Part shown: piece by piece, positions 11,601 through 24,518 of the stretch
Numbering within the stretch: position 1 is the stretch's first letter
How the letters are laid out: every line of letters begins with the position of its first letter
Assembly (NCBI RefSeq): GCF_026210795.1
Contig: NC_089430.1
Span: 1,550,001-1,614,000, forward strand
DNA: 64,000 bases
Origin: Rhizophagus irregularis
Taxonomy: Eukaryota
Reading direction: 5' to 3'
Made by a program: the position numbers and the translations under genes
Notes under the pieces: generated by a model
The model's database searches: none
What the model was told of the DNA's origin: nothing
What the model saw: the letters and a program-made list of their open reading frames with translations, nothing else

Positions 11601-14600
11601 CAACAACTTCATTACCACTAGTCCAATTAATAAAATTCTTTTGTAAATGTATTGAATAGCATATGTTATTACATTTTTTACATTTTTCATTCAAAACCAT
11701 CATATAATCTTTTGTTTCTGGATTTTGTGTTATTCCATAAGCAATATAAGCAATAGCAATCTATAAATATTACATATTAGCAAATTTTATATCAAAAATT
11801 TTAATAAGAGCAAATTTATCATACCTCATTCACAAATTCTAAAGTAATATATTTTGTATTATTTAATTTTTTCAGTATTACAATCATATTTTGATTTTTT
11901 CTTGTCCAATTCTGATTATTTATATCCCAATCATATAAATTTCCATCAATCCAATTTGCCTGATATCTATCATTCACAAAATATGTGATATCATAAAATT
12001 TATCATAAGATATCCATTCTAATACTTTTTTCACATCATTATGAGCTGATAACTGAGTATCTTGAATAAATTTATCAACATCTTCATTACCACTAGTCCA
12101 ATTATTGAAATTATGTGTAAAATGTATTGAATAGCATTTGTCATTACATTTTTTACATTTTTCATTCAAAATCATCATATAATCTTTTGTTTCTGGATTT
12201 TGTGTTATTCCATAAGCAGTAGCAATCTATAAATATTACATATTAGCAAAAAATTAAAATTTATCAAAAATTTTAATAAGAGTAAATTTATCATACCTCA
12301 TTCACAAATTCTAAAGTAATATCTTTTGTACTATTTAATTTTTTCAGTATTACAATCATATTTTGATTTTTTCTTGTCCAATTCTGATTATTTATATCCC
12401 AATCATATAAATTTCCATCAATCCAATTTGCTTTATACTCATTTGCTGCAATATACTTAATATTATAGAATTTATCATAAGTTATCCATTCAAATGCTTT
12501 TTCCACATCATTATGAGCTAATAGCTGAATAGTTTGAATAAATTTATCAAAAACTTCATTACCACTAGTCCAATTATTGAAATTCTTTTGTAAATGTATT
12601 GAATAGCATATGTTATTACATTTTTTACATTTTTCATTCAAAACCATCATATAATCTTTTGTTTCTGGATTTTGTGTTATTCCATAAGCAATAGCAATCT
12701 ATAAATATTACATATTAGCAAATTTTATATCAAAAATTTTAATAAGAGCAAATTTATCATACCTTATTCACAAATTCTAAAGTAATATATTTTGTATTAT
12801 TTAATTTTTTCAGTATTACAATTATATTTTGACTATTTCTTGTCCCATCAATCCAATTTGCTTTATACTCATTTGCTGCAATATAATTAATATTATAGAA
12901 TTTATCATAAGTTATCCATTCTAATGCTTTTTTCACATCATTATGAGCTGATAGCTGAGTATCTTGAATAAATTTATCAACATCTTCATTACCACTAGTC
13001 CAATTATTGAAATTCTTTCGAAAATGTATTGAATAGCATATGTTATTACATTTTTTACAATTTTCATTCAAAACCATCATATAATCTTTTGTTTCTAAAT
13101 TTTGTGTTATTCCATAAGCAATAGCAATCTATAAATATTACATATTAGCGAATTTATCAAAAATTTCAATAAGAGCAAATTTATCATACCTCATTCACAA
13201 ATTCTAAAGTAATATCTTTTGTATTATTTAATCTTTTCAGTATTACAATTATATTTTGACTATTTCTTGTCCAATTCTGAATACTTCTATTCCAATAACT
13301 TATATTTCCATCAATCCAATTTGCTTTATACTCATTTGCTGCAATATAATTAATATTATAGAATTTATCATAAGTTATCCATTCTAATGCTTTTTTCACA
13401 TCATTATGAGCTAATAACTGAGTATATTGAATAAATTTATCAACATTTATATTACCACTAGTCCAATTATTGAAATTCTTTTGAAAATGTATTGAATAGC
13501 ATATGTTATTACATTTTTTACATTCTTTATTCAAAACTATCATATAATCTTTTGTTTCTGGATTTTGTGTTATTCCATAAGCAATAGCAATCTATAAATA
13601 TTAAATATTAGAAAAAATTAAATTTATCAAAAATTTTAATAAGGCAAATTTATCATACCTTATTCATAAATTCTAAAGTAATATCTTTTGTATTATTTAA
13701 TTTTTTCAGTATTACAATTGTATTTTGATCTCTTGTCCAATTCTGAATACTTTCATTCCAATTAATTATATTTCCTTCAATCCAATTTGCCTGATATCTA
13801 TCATTCACAAAATATGTGATATCATAAAATTTATCATAAGATATCCATTCCAATGCATTTTTCAAATTATCATGAGTTGATAGCTGAATATCTTGAATAA
13901 ATTTATCAACACCTTCATTACCACTAGTCCAATTATTGAAATTTTGTTGAAAATATATTGAAGAACAAATATAATCACATTTTTTACATTTTTTACTCAA
14001 AACCTTCATATAATCTTTTGTTTCTGGAATTTGTGTTATTCCATAAGCAATAGCAGTCTATAAATATTACATAATAGCAAAAATTAAAATTTATCAAAAT
14101 TTCAATAAAAATATATTTATCATACCTCATTCGCAAATCCTAAAGTAATATCTTTTGTATTATTTAATTTTTTCAATATTACAATCATATTTTTACCTTC
14201 CCTTTTCCAATTTTTATTTTTACTATCCCAATCAATTATGTTTCCATCATTCCAACTTGCCTGATACCTGTCTTTTTCAATGTATTCAATACTATAAAAT
14301 TGATCATAAGGTATCCATTCTAATGCTTTTTTCACATCATTATGAGCAGATAGTTGGGTATATTGAATAAAATTGTCAATATCATTGTTACCGCTGGTCC
14401 AATTATTGAAATTCTGTTGAAAATGTATTGAATAGCATATGTTATTACATTTTTTACATTTTTCATTCAAAACCATCATATAATCTTTTGTTTCTGGAAT
14501 TTGTGTTATTCCATAAGCAATAACAATCTATAAATATTACATATTAGCAAATTTTATATCAAAAATTTCAATAAGAGCAAATTTATCATACCTCATCCAC

Positions 14601-15434
14601 AAATTCTAAAGTAATATCGTTTGTATTATTTAATTTTTTCAGCATCACAATCATATTTTGATTTTTTCTTATCCAATTCTGAATATTTTCATTCCAATAA
14701 TACAAATTTCCATCAATCCAATTTGCTTCATAGTACTCATTTTCTGCAATATACTTAATATTATAGAATTTATCATAAGGTATCCATTCCAATGCCTCTT
14801 TCAAATTATCATGAGTTGATAGCTGAATATTTTGAATAAATTTATCAACACCTTCATTACAACTAGTCCAATTATTGAAATTTTGTTGAAAATATATTGA
14901 AAAACAAATGTATTCACATTTTTTACATTTTTTACTCAAAACCCTCATATAATCTTTTGTTTCTGGATTTTGTGTTATTCCATAAGCAATAGCAATCTAT
15001 AAATATTACATATTAGCAAAAATTAAAATTTATCAAAAATTTCAATAAAAATATATTTATTATACCTCATTCATAAATTCTAAAGTAATATCTTCTGTAT
15101 TTAATTTTTTCAGTATTACAATTATATTTTGACCTTCCCTTTTCCAATTTTTATTTTTACTATCCCAATCAATTATGTTTCCATCATTCCAATTTGCCTG
15201 ATACCTGTCTTTTTCAACATACTTGATATTATGAAATCGATCATAAGGTATCCATTCTAATGCTTTTTTCACATCATTATGAGCTGATAGTTGGGTATAT
15301 TGAATAAAATTGTCAATATCATTGTTACCGCTGGTCCAATTTTTGAAATCTTGTTGAAAATGTCTTGTGTAACATATGCGATTACATATTTTACATACGT
15401 TATATGACAACTTAATCTTTCTCTTTTTATCCAT
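8665..15434 (-). CDS. Giant tyrosine-kinase-like protein kinase (~1965 aa) with 12 degenerate N-lobe repeats, 1 intact N-lobe and a C-lobe
   Basis: 14 exons with GT-AG, phase-0 introns: 15434-15066, 14996-14592, 14527-14126, 14057-13659, 13591-13190, 13128-12763, 12698-12297, 12226-11825, 11760-11350, 11279-10875, 10813-10412, 10342-9944, 9872-9444, 9369-8665. All lengths are multiples of 3. The last N-lobe has AKGGFG and VALK; the C-lobe has HRDLHTGN, DMG and APE. A frameshift near 8700 cuts off the usual tail (..LNNLPEPKNSDDYYEQ.., to about 8420). Confidence 0.88.
9444..15434 (-). repeat. Tandem array of 13 exon+intron units of ~470 bp
   Basis: Recurring ORFs with CKKCxxxCxxxH/Y, NWTSGN, EWIxYD, ANWxDG, VILKKL and EFxNE. 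Near-identical ~65-75-nt introns (GTATGA/GTATAA...GCTAAT...TTTATAG). Confidence 0.95.
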
Positions 15435-16859
15435 TATGCTTTAATAAATAAAAAAGAAGACAACAGAAAAAATTTTTTTGTTTCAGCCAGCCTATTTATG
15501 TATTTTGCGTAGATTATCTTATGTATGGTTACGTATTGTCAATATGCATTTTTTTTAATCATGTGTTTATTTCTATTAATGATCTTTTGCATACATTGCA
15601 TTACTTATTTAATTAGTTACACAAATATTACAATAAATGTTAGAGTTTTGGTTAAATAAATATGTTTTCTAATAACCATTTTGAAATTGTAATTAAATTG
15701 GTATTTAAATTTCGCATTTTATTCATGCATGACACGTAATTTTATGCTACTAATACGTACGAGTACAAGCTATATTAAATTTTAAATTTTTTGACACTCA
15801 TTTTAATAGAAAATTTACAAAACTTCGTTTTAAAATCATAGTTCTTGACATAAATAAACATAAGCAATATTCCTAAAAAAATTCTTAACGTTAAAGAATC
15901 GCTAGGAAAATAATTAGAACTGTAAAAGAATTTTTTTAGTCAACAATTGTTGTACGAAACATGATTACATTTCGTGTGATTAATAATTTGTGACGTCATA
16001 ATGTGTACTTTTTTGCTATATCTTTAAATAAACATAGTTGAAATAATTACAAAAAAAAAATACAAATAATATAATAATATCTAATATATCTAATAACATG
16101 TTTTTGCCAAACTTTATCTATATATACTTTCTATCACTTATCCACTGTCACTTCAGGAAGTTTAGTAGTATTTATCCGTTTATTTTAATGGTACCAACTT
16201 ACTATTTTTAACATAGGCTAGGCTGTTTTGCATATGCAGTTACTGCACTCCTATGCACATCATTAGTACTGTAAGATCACATTTGAAAGTCACACTAAAA
16301 TGAATGAATCTCCGCTAAGCCACCGGGATCAACATTCCAGTTCCCCAAAAATACTAGGAAAAAACAAATCATAATAACAAAACTTCTAACCATTATAAAT
16401 ATGTATCTTATCGCGAAGATTATTTTTTTTATTAAAGTATTTCTAATCATAAATAAGTAATTTCTTTTCCTTAATACAACGATTTAACAAAGAAGAAAAA
16501 ATTCGTATTTACTTTAACAATGCAAGATTTTAATATTTATAAAAATTTGTTTATTATAGATACTCTTTAAATTTTCTCATCAAAAAACATACAAAATTTC
16601 GAAGAACAAAATAAATCAATTAAAAAAATTTCTGTATTTTCTCAAATAAAAGTAATAAAAGTACATTTATAAAGTAACAAAATCATGAAATTTTTTTCAG
16701 ACATATGTATGTAATTCATGACCAAAAAATAATATTTTCTTTAGTAATATACATTTTTTTTTTAAAAAAAAAAAATACCAACCACTTTTTTGTTTTTTTT
16801 TATTTCATTTAATGATTCACATCATAATAAAAAAATAAAAATAGCTTAATTGAAGGGGA

Positions 16860-17800
16860 ACTCTTCCTGCCGATCATTTGGTCCATAAATTTTAGGATGA
16901 AAAAAAGGCGGAAGAGTTCAAAAGTGTATATGGAAAGTTAGTTTTTTTGCGCATTTCAACATGACCAGCTTTTTATTCACTCATTTACGAACATTTTGGT
17001 ATAAGTTAAGTTTGGGTCAAATAGTGTTTTTCGAATTTCTTTCCCAAAAGTTGTTTCTTTCAGTCAGACCACGGTGGTGATCAAAAAAAGGGCCAAGTAG
17101 GGCGAGGTGTTGCTCCAATAAAGCTTTTTCAGAAGGAGATGACAAGGTATAGAGAAATAAAAAGAAAACTTACGTTGGATTAGTGAAGACTAGTGTGGAC
17201 GCTGGACGCTTTGGAAGTTTTGGTTTGATTGGGATTTTTCGTTGAAATTTTTTTCGGTTGGCGCAGCAAAAAATTTTAGCACGCAGCTGGAATAAGGTGA
17301 TTAACTGTGGGACAAATTGCGGCAAAAAGTTTATCCAGGTAAGGATCAGCCATATCCGCAGTTATCACGTGTTATGGAATTGGTGAAACTGTAGAAAGGA
17401 TGATCTACTGCGGGGCCTATCAAACTCTGCGGTGAGTTTTGAAAGTGAGGATTTAGAACAGCTAGTTTCGGGATAGGGAGTGTAATAGTCATGGCTCGTA
17501 AACAGGCATGCACGCTTCGAGAGGAACTAGTTGGGTTTAGGGTAAAGTGTTGGGAAGATGGTTTAGTTTGGTTTAGAAATAATGTTAGTTAGTTTTGTTA
17601 CAGACGTATGACGTATATAGTTTGGTTAAGTAGGGACATGATTGATTGATTGAAGGGTATGTTTTTGTTTTTTTTTTGTTTTTTTTGTTAAGTGTGAAAT
17701 GTGTAAGGTATTAATAAAGTATCTATGTGTGGGAGTTTGATGGAGTTTGGCATTGGCGCTAATGCTTGGTTAAAATTGTTAAACTGGACGTAAAAATGGC
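16860..17800 (-). mobile_element. Decayed GC-richer repeat / possible retroelement-associated fragment
   Basis: GC content clearly above the flanks, broken minus-strand reading frames, weak resemblance in style to 45100-46840. No diagnostic motif; boundaries approximate. Confidence 0.25.
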
Positions 17801-18199
17801 TAGTGTGAAATTTTTTTGGTTTGGGTTTATGTATTTGTATGATAAAAAATTTTTATTGTAAATTATTTGGTGCATCAAAATTCTTTTTCTATAACATAAA
17901 AGTAGGAATTAAACAGCTTCAATTTAAGCTTAAGGTTAAACTGTTTCAAGAAAAAGAACTTCAACGTACTAGTATAAATCTCTTTATTACTCTTTATAAT
18001 AAATAAATTCTACGCACGCTTATTCAATTAAAAACAGTTTAAGCATGAGAAAATTAACATTCCCAGCAACAAATTGCGATTGTTCACATCAGAATCTTAC
18101 TTTACAAACACATCATAAATTGATTATAGTTACCATTTTAAATCGTGCAATTAAATAAGGTGTTGAGCAAACTTTAAAAGTCAAAGTTAGCCTCATGAA

Positions 18200-18364
18200 T
18201 TACATAGCATATGATTTTTCATCCTTTGGAAGAGATTTGTCAGCAATAACTGTTTGTATTTTAAATACATGTTGTTTTTCCAAATTATTTTGAATATTAG
18301 GGTCTACTAATGCATATGCTCTATTGATTACAGCTTTAACTACTTCTTGTCGAATAGTAGCCAT
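18200..18364 (-). pseudogene. Orphan N-terminal fragment of a Glomeromycota kinase family gene
   Basis: MATIRQEVVKAVINRAYALVDPNIQNNLEKQHVFKIQTVIADKSLPKDEKSYAM* resembles the helical N-terminus of another Rhizophagus kinase subfamily (recognised from memory). No downstream kinase exons seen. Confidence 0.55.
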
Positions 18365-20337
18365 AATACTGTGATAAAATTTAAAATACAATTTTAAACA
18401 TTAAAGGATGAACGGAAATAAAAGACTATTAAATTCAGGCAGTCTGAATTCTTAATCACGTGAATTAAAATTGAGTAAAAGGAAAATAATATGAATAAAC
18501 AAAAAAAAACATTAATAAGTGTATATAATAAATTGAAACGTAATATTTTCTATCTAAAGAATTGTATATAATGAAAAAACTTTTTACATCCAAAAGAGGA
18601 ATTTTATTTTGTGGTCTGCCGTCTACGTGTTGCATAAAATAATAAATATGTAAATAAAATAATGAAAATCATTTGGCTGAAATTTTTGAGTCGTACGGAA
18701 CTAACGGAAGATTAATTAGGAAATCCATTAGGAATACTCTTACTACACCACCTAGGAAAGGTGTGATGCCTAACCGTCGCCGTTCACGTGACTGCCGCGT
18801 TCGCGACAGAGAATTTTTTTGTGGTCTGATCTCTATTTGTCACCTGCATAATATGTCACCTGTGTTACCATAAACATATAGCCGAGGGTGGTAAGATGAT
18901 TAATTAGTTTCACAAAATTACGTAAACAGTCGATCCATATGAGTTCTTAATCACGTGAGTTAAAATTGAGCAACAGGGAAATAAAATTTACAATAAAGAA
19001 TTTTTTTTTGAAGAATAATTATTTTACGAAAAATTTTTTATGCGTAAACAAAAAAAAAATTAATAGATGTACTGTATATAATAAATTGAAACGTTACTTT
19101 CTACTAATTCGTTCTTGTTCGTTCTTTTATACTCGTATTTCTCGATTTTGGTACAAGTCACTAATTTTTGTTTATTAATATTTGTCTTAAAAAGAAAAAA
19201 TGTTGTTTATGGGTACTATTCGAAAATCAACTAAATTTTTATGTGCATTTTTTTCCGATAATTAATCACATATCAATTGGATATCCGTTAATGTAGATTT
19301 TTAAAAGATTCACATAAAAAATAGTAAAGTTAAAACGACGCAACCAACTCAAAAAAAAGTAATTTTCAAATTATTTTGATTAGCTCTTTTTTAAAAATAA
19401 AATACAATCGCAATTTCTGAACCTGTGTTCATTGATCAAGCAACGCCTCGCCTATATAAATTTTTCTTAAAATGTTATAATTTGAGTAAAAAGTACTCAC
19501 AATTAAAGCGAAAAATTTAACGCCGTTTTTAATTTATCTTGTTAAATATAGAAAACCAGGTAGACTTAACGCTTTATTTTAAACTGTCCTGTCATTATAT
19601 ATATTATATTTTATTTGACGAATATTAATTTATACATATAGTTTCTGGGGTTAGGCGTATTACATTAAATACCAATGGCCTAACTAAGACTATTAGAAGT
19701 AACCCAACGATATTAATAAGAAATTAGTGAAATGTAGACAAAGAATTATCAATGGACTTTTATTAAACAGTATACAATTTTAAAATTTAACACCGCGTTA
19801 TATAGAAACATAGACATAATTCAAATGTATAAAAAATTAAGCCTTATTAAAAAATCAAAAAAAAGAAAAAATATTATCTGTTCAAAAATTCTAATATTTA
19901 TAATACGAAGCTTATCAATTCTGGGGATTGAACCTGAACTCCTGATAAAAGTCACCGAAAATACAGTAATTTGGACTAAATGTGTAGACTAAAGATTAAT
20001 GATTTGCAAATTTATTAAATTATTAACACTTCGTTGCGTTGAACACACAAAAAAAAAATATCATTAGTGTAATCAATTTCCGCTATTTAATTATCACCTA
20101 TGGACTGATCTTTATTTTAAAGAAAATTTATATATACTTTACAATCAGTTTAGAACCAAAAAAAAAACTATGTATCTAACTAATCAAAAATATTGAAGAA
20201 AAAAAAAACATAAGATAATAAATAAAACGTTATTATTGTTCAATAATAAAAATATTTTTTTTTTAAATAGAGTAAAATAATGATTTCTCTCTCCCATATT
20301 TTAACACTATGAAACGATTATCTAAAAGCTTAAATAT

Positions 20338-23300
20338 CTAACTATCTGTTTGCATCATATGTTGCAATAACATTTCTCCTACTGCAATATCATCACTAAA
20401 TTCGTTATTATTATTTTTTGGATGTTCTACATGTTTCAAGAATAAATCTCCCACTGCATTATTATCACTAAATTCATTATTATTATCTGGAACTAGAGGA
20501 TTAAGTAACTGAGATGTATAATCAGCTTTTACATTATTAATTGATTTTCTGCTTTCAAATGTTAAAAGATTTTTTTTTCTGTATTCTTCTGCTTCTTTGA
20601 ATTGACTTCTAATTTCATAATGTTGTTGTTCTTTTTTGATCGACCTGATTCGTTTAAATGTAAGTGCATCCATAGTATATGAATGTTGATATAACTCAAT
20701 CAGTTCACGTATTTCATTAGCACTTGGTCTATTGTCTGGATTTGAATCCCAGCATTTTTTCATTAGGTCTATGTAGCATTTTGATGCTTCTGACTCATAT
20801 ATTACAGGTCTAGTTCCATTACATATACTAAATGCCAAATTTTTATCATGATCACAGTCAGCAAAGGGTTGTCTTCCAGTTGCTACAAAATACATAACCA
20901 TGCCAAAGCTGTATATATCTGCTGCTCGAGTATAAGGTTTTTCATTTAACACTTCAGGAGCTACATAAGGTAACACTCCATAAATTTTTGTTTCATCTTC
21001 ATTGTCAACTTCCCCACATAATCCCATATCTGATATATATATATTAAAACCCATTATATTAGCTTCATATAAAATATTACACACATGAAAATCACGGTGA
21101 ACTAATTGGTTTTGATGAATTTCTTCAAGACCACCAGCAATAATGGCCAACATTTCCAATTTTTCTTCCCAGGGTAAAGTTTCAAAATTCATATTTATAC
21201 AATCCTTCAAAGTTCCACCTTCTACATATTGAAGAACCATAACATAATCCTTTGTATCTGGAACTTGAGACATTCCATACGTTGCAAGAATACTCCAATC
21301 TGTTCCTTCTAATGAATATGCTTTAATCTATTTAAAATAGAAAATCATTATTATTACATTAGATTAAAAGTTATTTAATTAAATTTAAAGATAAAAAATT
21401 TTATTATACCTCATTTAGAAATTTATTGCTAATATTCTGTGAATTATTTAAACATTTTAGAGCAATTTTTTTATTTGCGGTCCTTTTATGTCTATTCTCG
21501 TCTTTATCATATTCAAATGGACCATCCTTCCATATTGCTGAGTATACTGTAGAAAAACCACCTTTTCCTATTTCCTTAATATCACTAAACTGATCATACG
21601 GTATCCATTCAAATACTAACCCATAATAATCATCAATTTTTGATTGCATATATTTTATAAATTTATCAATTCTTTCACTTCCACTGGTCCAATTATTAAA
21701 ATTTTCATTTAAATGACATAATTTACACCACTTAAAATCAATATTTGCATATTTTACGCCACATTTCTCACAATATTTATCCCTAATTACCATAATATAA
21801 TCTTTTGTATTTGGATTTTGAGAAATTCCATATACAATATCATAAGACTCCTCAACCTATTAAAGCATAAAAAAATTTTTATTATCATATTAATAATAAA
21901 ATGTATTAAATTATTAATAGATATACAGTACCTTGTTCAAAAATTCATCAACAATATTTGATGAATTATTTAAAATTTTTAAAGCAACTTTTTGATCTGA
22001 ATTTCTTTTATATTCATAACTGTTTTTATTAAATTCAAATAAACCATCCTTCCATATTGCTGAACATATCGTAAAAGAATCATCTTTGCCTATTTCTCTA
22101 ATATCATTTAATTGACTATATGGTATCCATTCAAATACCATATCATCATAATTATCAATCTCTGATTGCTTATTTTGAATAAAATTATCAATTTTTTCAT
22201 TGCCACTAGTCCAGTTTTTAAAAGTATTTTTTAAGTAATTTAATTGACATGGTTCACACCATTTATATAATATACTCGTATATTCTTCACCACATTTTTC
22301 ACAATATCCATCACTAAATATTACGATATAATCATTCGTATCTGGATTTTGTGATATTCCGTATATTTTAGGGTCATTATCAGATAAACTATCAGAATCT
22401 GATTCACTCGTTAGATATGTTTTGATCTATTAAATGCGAGAAAAAATTATTAGAGAAGTTATAATATTATTAAGAAATATACATAATAAATTAATGGAAA
22501 AGTTCATACTTTATTTAAGAATTCACTAACAACAACTTGAGAGTTATGTAAACACTTTAAAGCAACTCTTTTATCTGATTTTCTAGTCAATTCTCTTTTA
22601 TCGTAATCATAATTTAGTGGTCCACTTTTCCATATTGCTGAATACATTGTGGTGGAATCACTCTTGACAATCTCTTTGACATCGGTAAAATGATCATTTG
22701 GTATCCATTCAAAAACTGGATCGTCCGGTACAAATTTCAATTGCATTTCTTGAATAAAATCATCAATAATTTTATTTCCACTAGTCCAGTTTGTGAAATT
22801 TTCTTTTAAATAATTTATTATACATTGTCCACACCATTCGAAAGTATCACGCCAATGAGGAATTTCAATTGTATTGTAAGTTACGTATTTCTCACCACAT
22901 TTTTCACAATATAAATCTTCCAAGACAATAATATAATCATTTGTATCTGGATTTTGAGACAATCCATACATATAAAGTATATTTTCACTCGCTTTAACCT
23001 TTAAGATAATTAAAAAAACACATTATTGGGCTAGAAAAGTATTATATTTAAGCCAAATTCATAAAATTCTCATACCTGGTTAAGAAGTTCATTAATGATA
23101 TCTTGTGATGAATTATATAAACATTTTAAGGCAACATTTTCACATGATTTCCTTTCATATTTGTTTGTATCATCATTATACTCTAACGGACCATCCACCC
23201 ACGTTGCCTTATATAATATACTAGAATCATTTTTTCCTATTTCTTTGATGTTATTAAACTGATTGTATGGTATCCATTCGAATATATCATCATAATAATT

Positions 23301-24204
23301 AATTTTTAGTTGTCTTTTTTGAATAAAATTATCAATTATTTTATTTCCACTGGTTTGAATTATAAAATTATTTTTAAGAAAATCCATTTTACATAATTTA
23401 CACCACTTACGCATTTGATGAACATATCTTTCAATACATTTACCACAATCTCCATTTTGAAGAACAATAATATAATCATTTGTGTTTGGATTTTGAGATA
23501 TTCCATATACATCAAGTATATTATTATTTTCATAATTTAAATATGTTTTAACCTATTAAAATAAGGAGACAAAAAATTATTATTATTTGTTATTATCAAA
23601 AAAAAAAATTGTATATTAAAATTTTCTTCAAAAAAAACTTTTACAAATTACAAACCTCATTTAGAAATTCGTTAATGAAATTTTTTGAATTATGTAAATA
23701 TTTTAAAGTAAATAATTTATTTGAATCTCTTTCATATTTTTTTGTAGTTCTTTTATACATTAATGGACCATCATTCCATATTGTTGAATAATTCGTAATA
23801 TTATTATTATCATTACCTATTTTTTTAATTTCATTAAACTGATCATATGATATCCATTCAAATATTATTTCATCATAATCATTAATTTTTAATTGTATTT
23901 CTTGAACAAATTTATCAATTATTTCATTTCCACTTGTCCAGTTTATAAAATTTTGTTTTAAATTATTTATTTGACATGATTTACACCATTGATACTTTGT
24001 ATTTGTATATTCTTCGTTACATATTTCACATCGACTTGAATTTTTTTTTTCTGAGGATGTGTGACTTGAAGTGACAGAGTGATCTTCAGATTCATCTAAG
24101 TCAAGGTCAAGGTCAAGGTCAAGATTATTAAAGTCATCATTATCAAAGTCAAAGTCTTCTTCCATCATTTCTACATCCTCTGTTTCATAATTATTGTCCG
24201 ACAT
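20338..24204 (-). CDS. Tyrosine-kinase-like kinase (~1148 aa): acidic N-terminus, 4 degenerate + 1 intact N-lobe modules, C-lobe
   Basis: Exons 24204-23656, 23552-23076, 22998-22510, 22426-21932, 21856-21410, 21327-20338, all with phase-0 introns and an open frame. Last module GKGGFS/IALK; C-lobe HRDFHVCN, DMG, APE. Confidence 0.88.
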
Positions 24205-24518
24205 TATGAATATTTTAAGAATTTTTTTAAAAAATTTAGCGAAAATGTTTAAAATTTCTACTGCTAGGAGTAAGTATCACAATGAATGGGACGCCCAAAA
24301 TGAGAAGTGTCCGTGATCGACAGTCAAAGATTTTCCACAAAATGACAAAAATATAAGTATTTATTGTACTACAGTATGTAATGCTAAGCTAATCAAATTA
24401 GTCATACCTCGTGTGTCACGTCCCGTAGTGGTACCAATTACCAAACCGCCCTATAACTCTGATCGGCGTGCATTTTAGCGTCATGTTTTTCAACTAAAAA
24501 ACCTTAAAAGCAAATAAC
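24205..24518. promoter_or_regulatory. Putative bidirectional promoter between the divergent kinase genes
   Basis: Only 314 bp separate the two start codons; the central segment is locally GC-richer. Function is inferred from geometry only. Confidence 0.5.

Noticed and set aside
9438..15434. 13 separate small genes, or a CRISPR-like repeat-spacer array
   Set aside because: Each ORF ends at a GT donor and is preceded by an AG acceptor with a branch-point motif; they join into one frame. Units are ~470 bp of coding sequence with no short repeat/unique spacer structure.
19915..19990. B-box-like GGTTCAATCCC on the minus strand suggesting a tRNA
   Set aside because: No acceptor stem, D-arm or anticodon arm can be folded around it.
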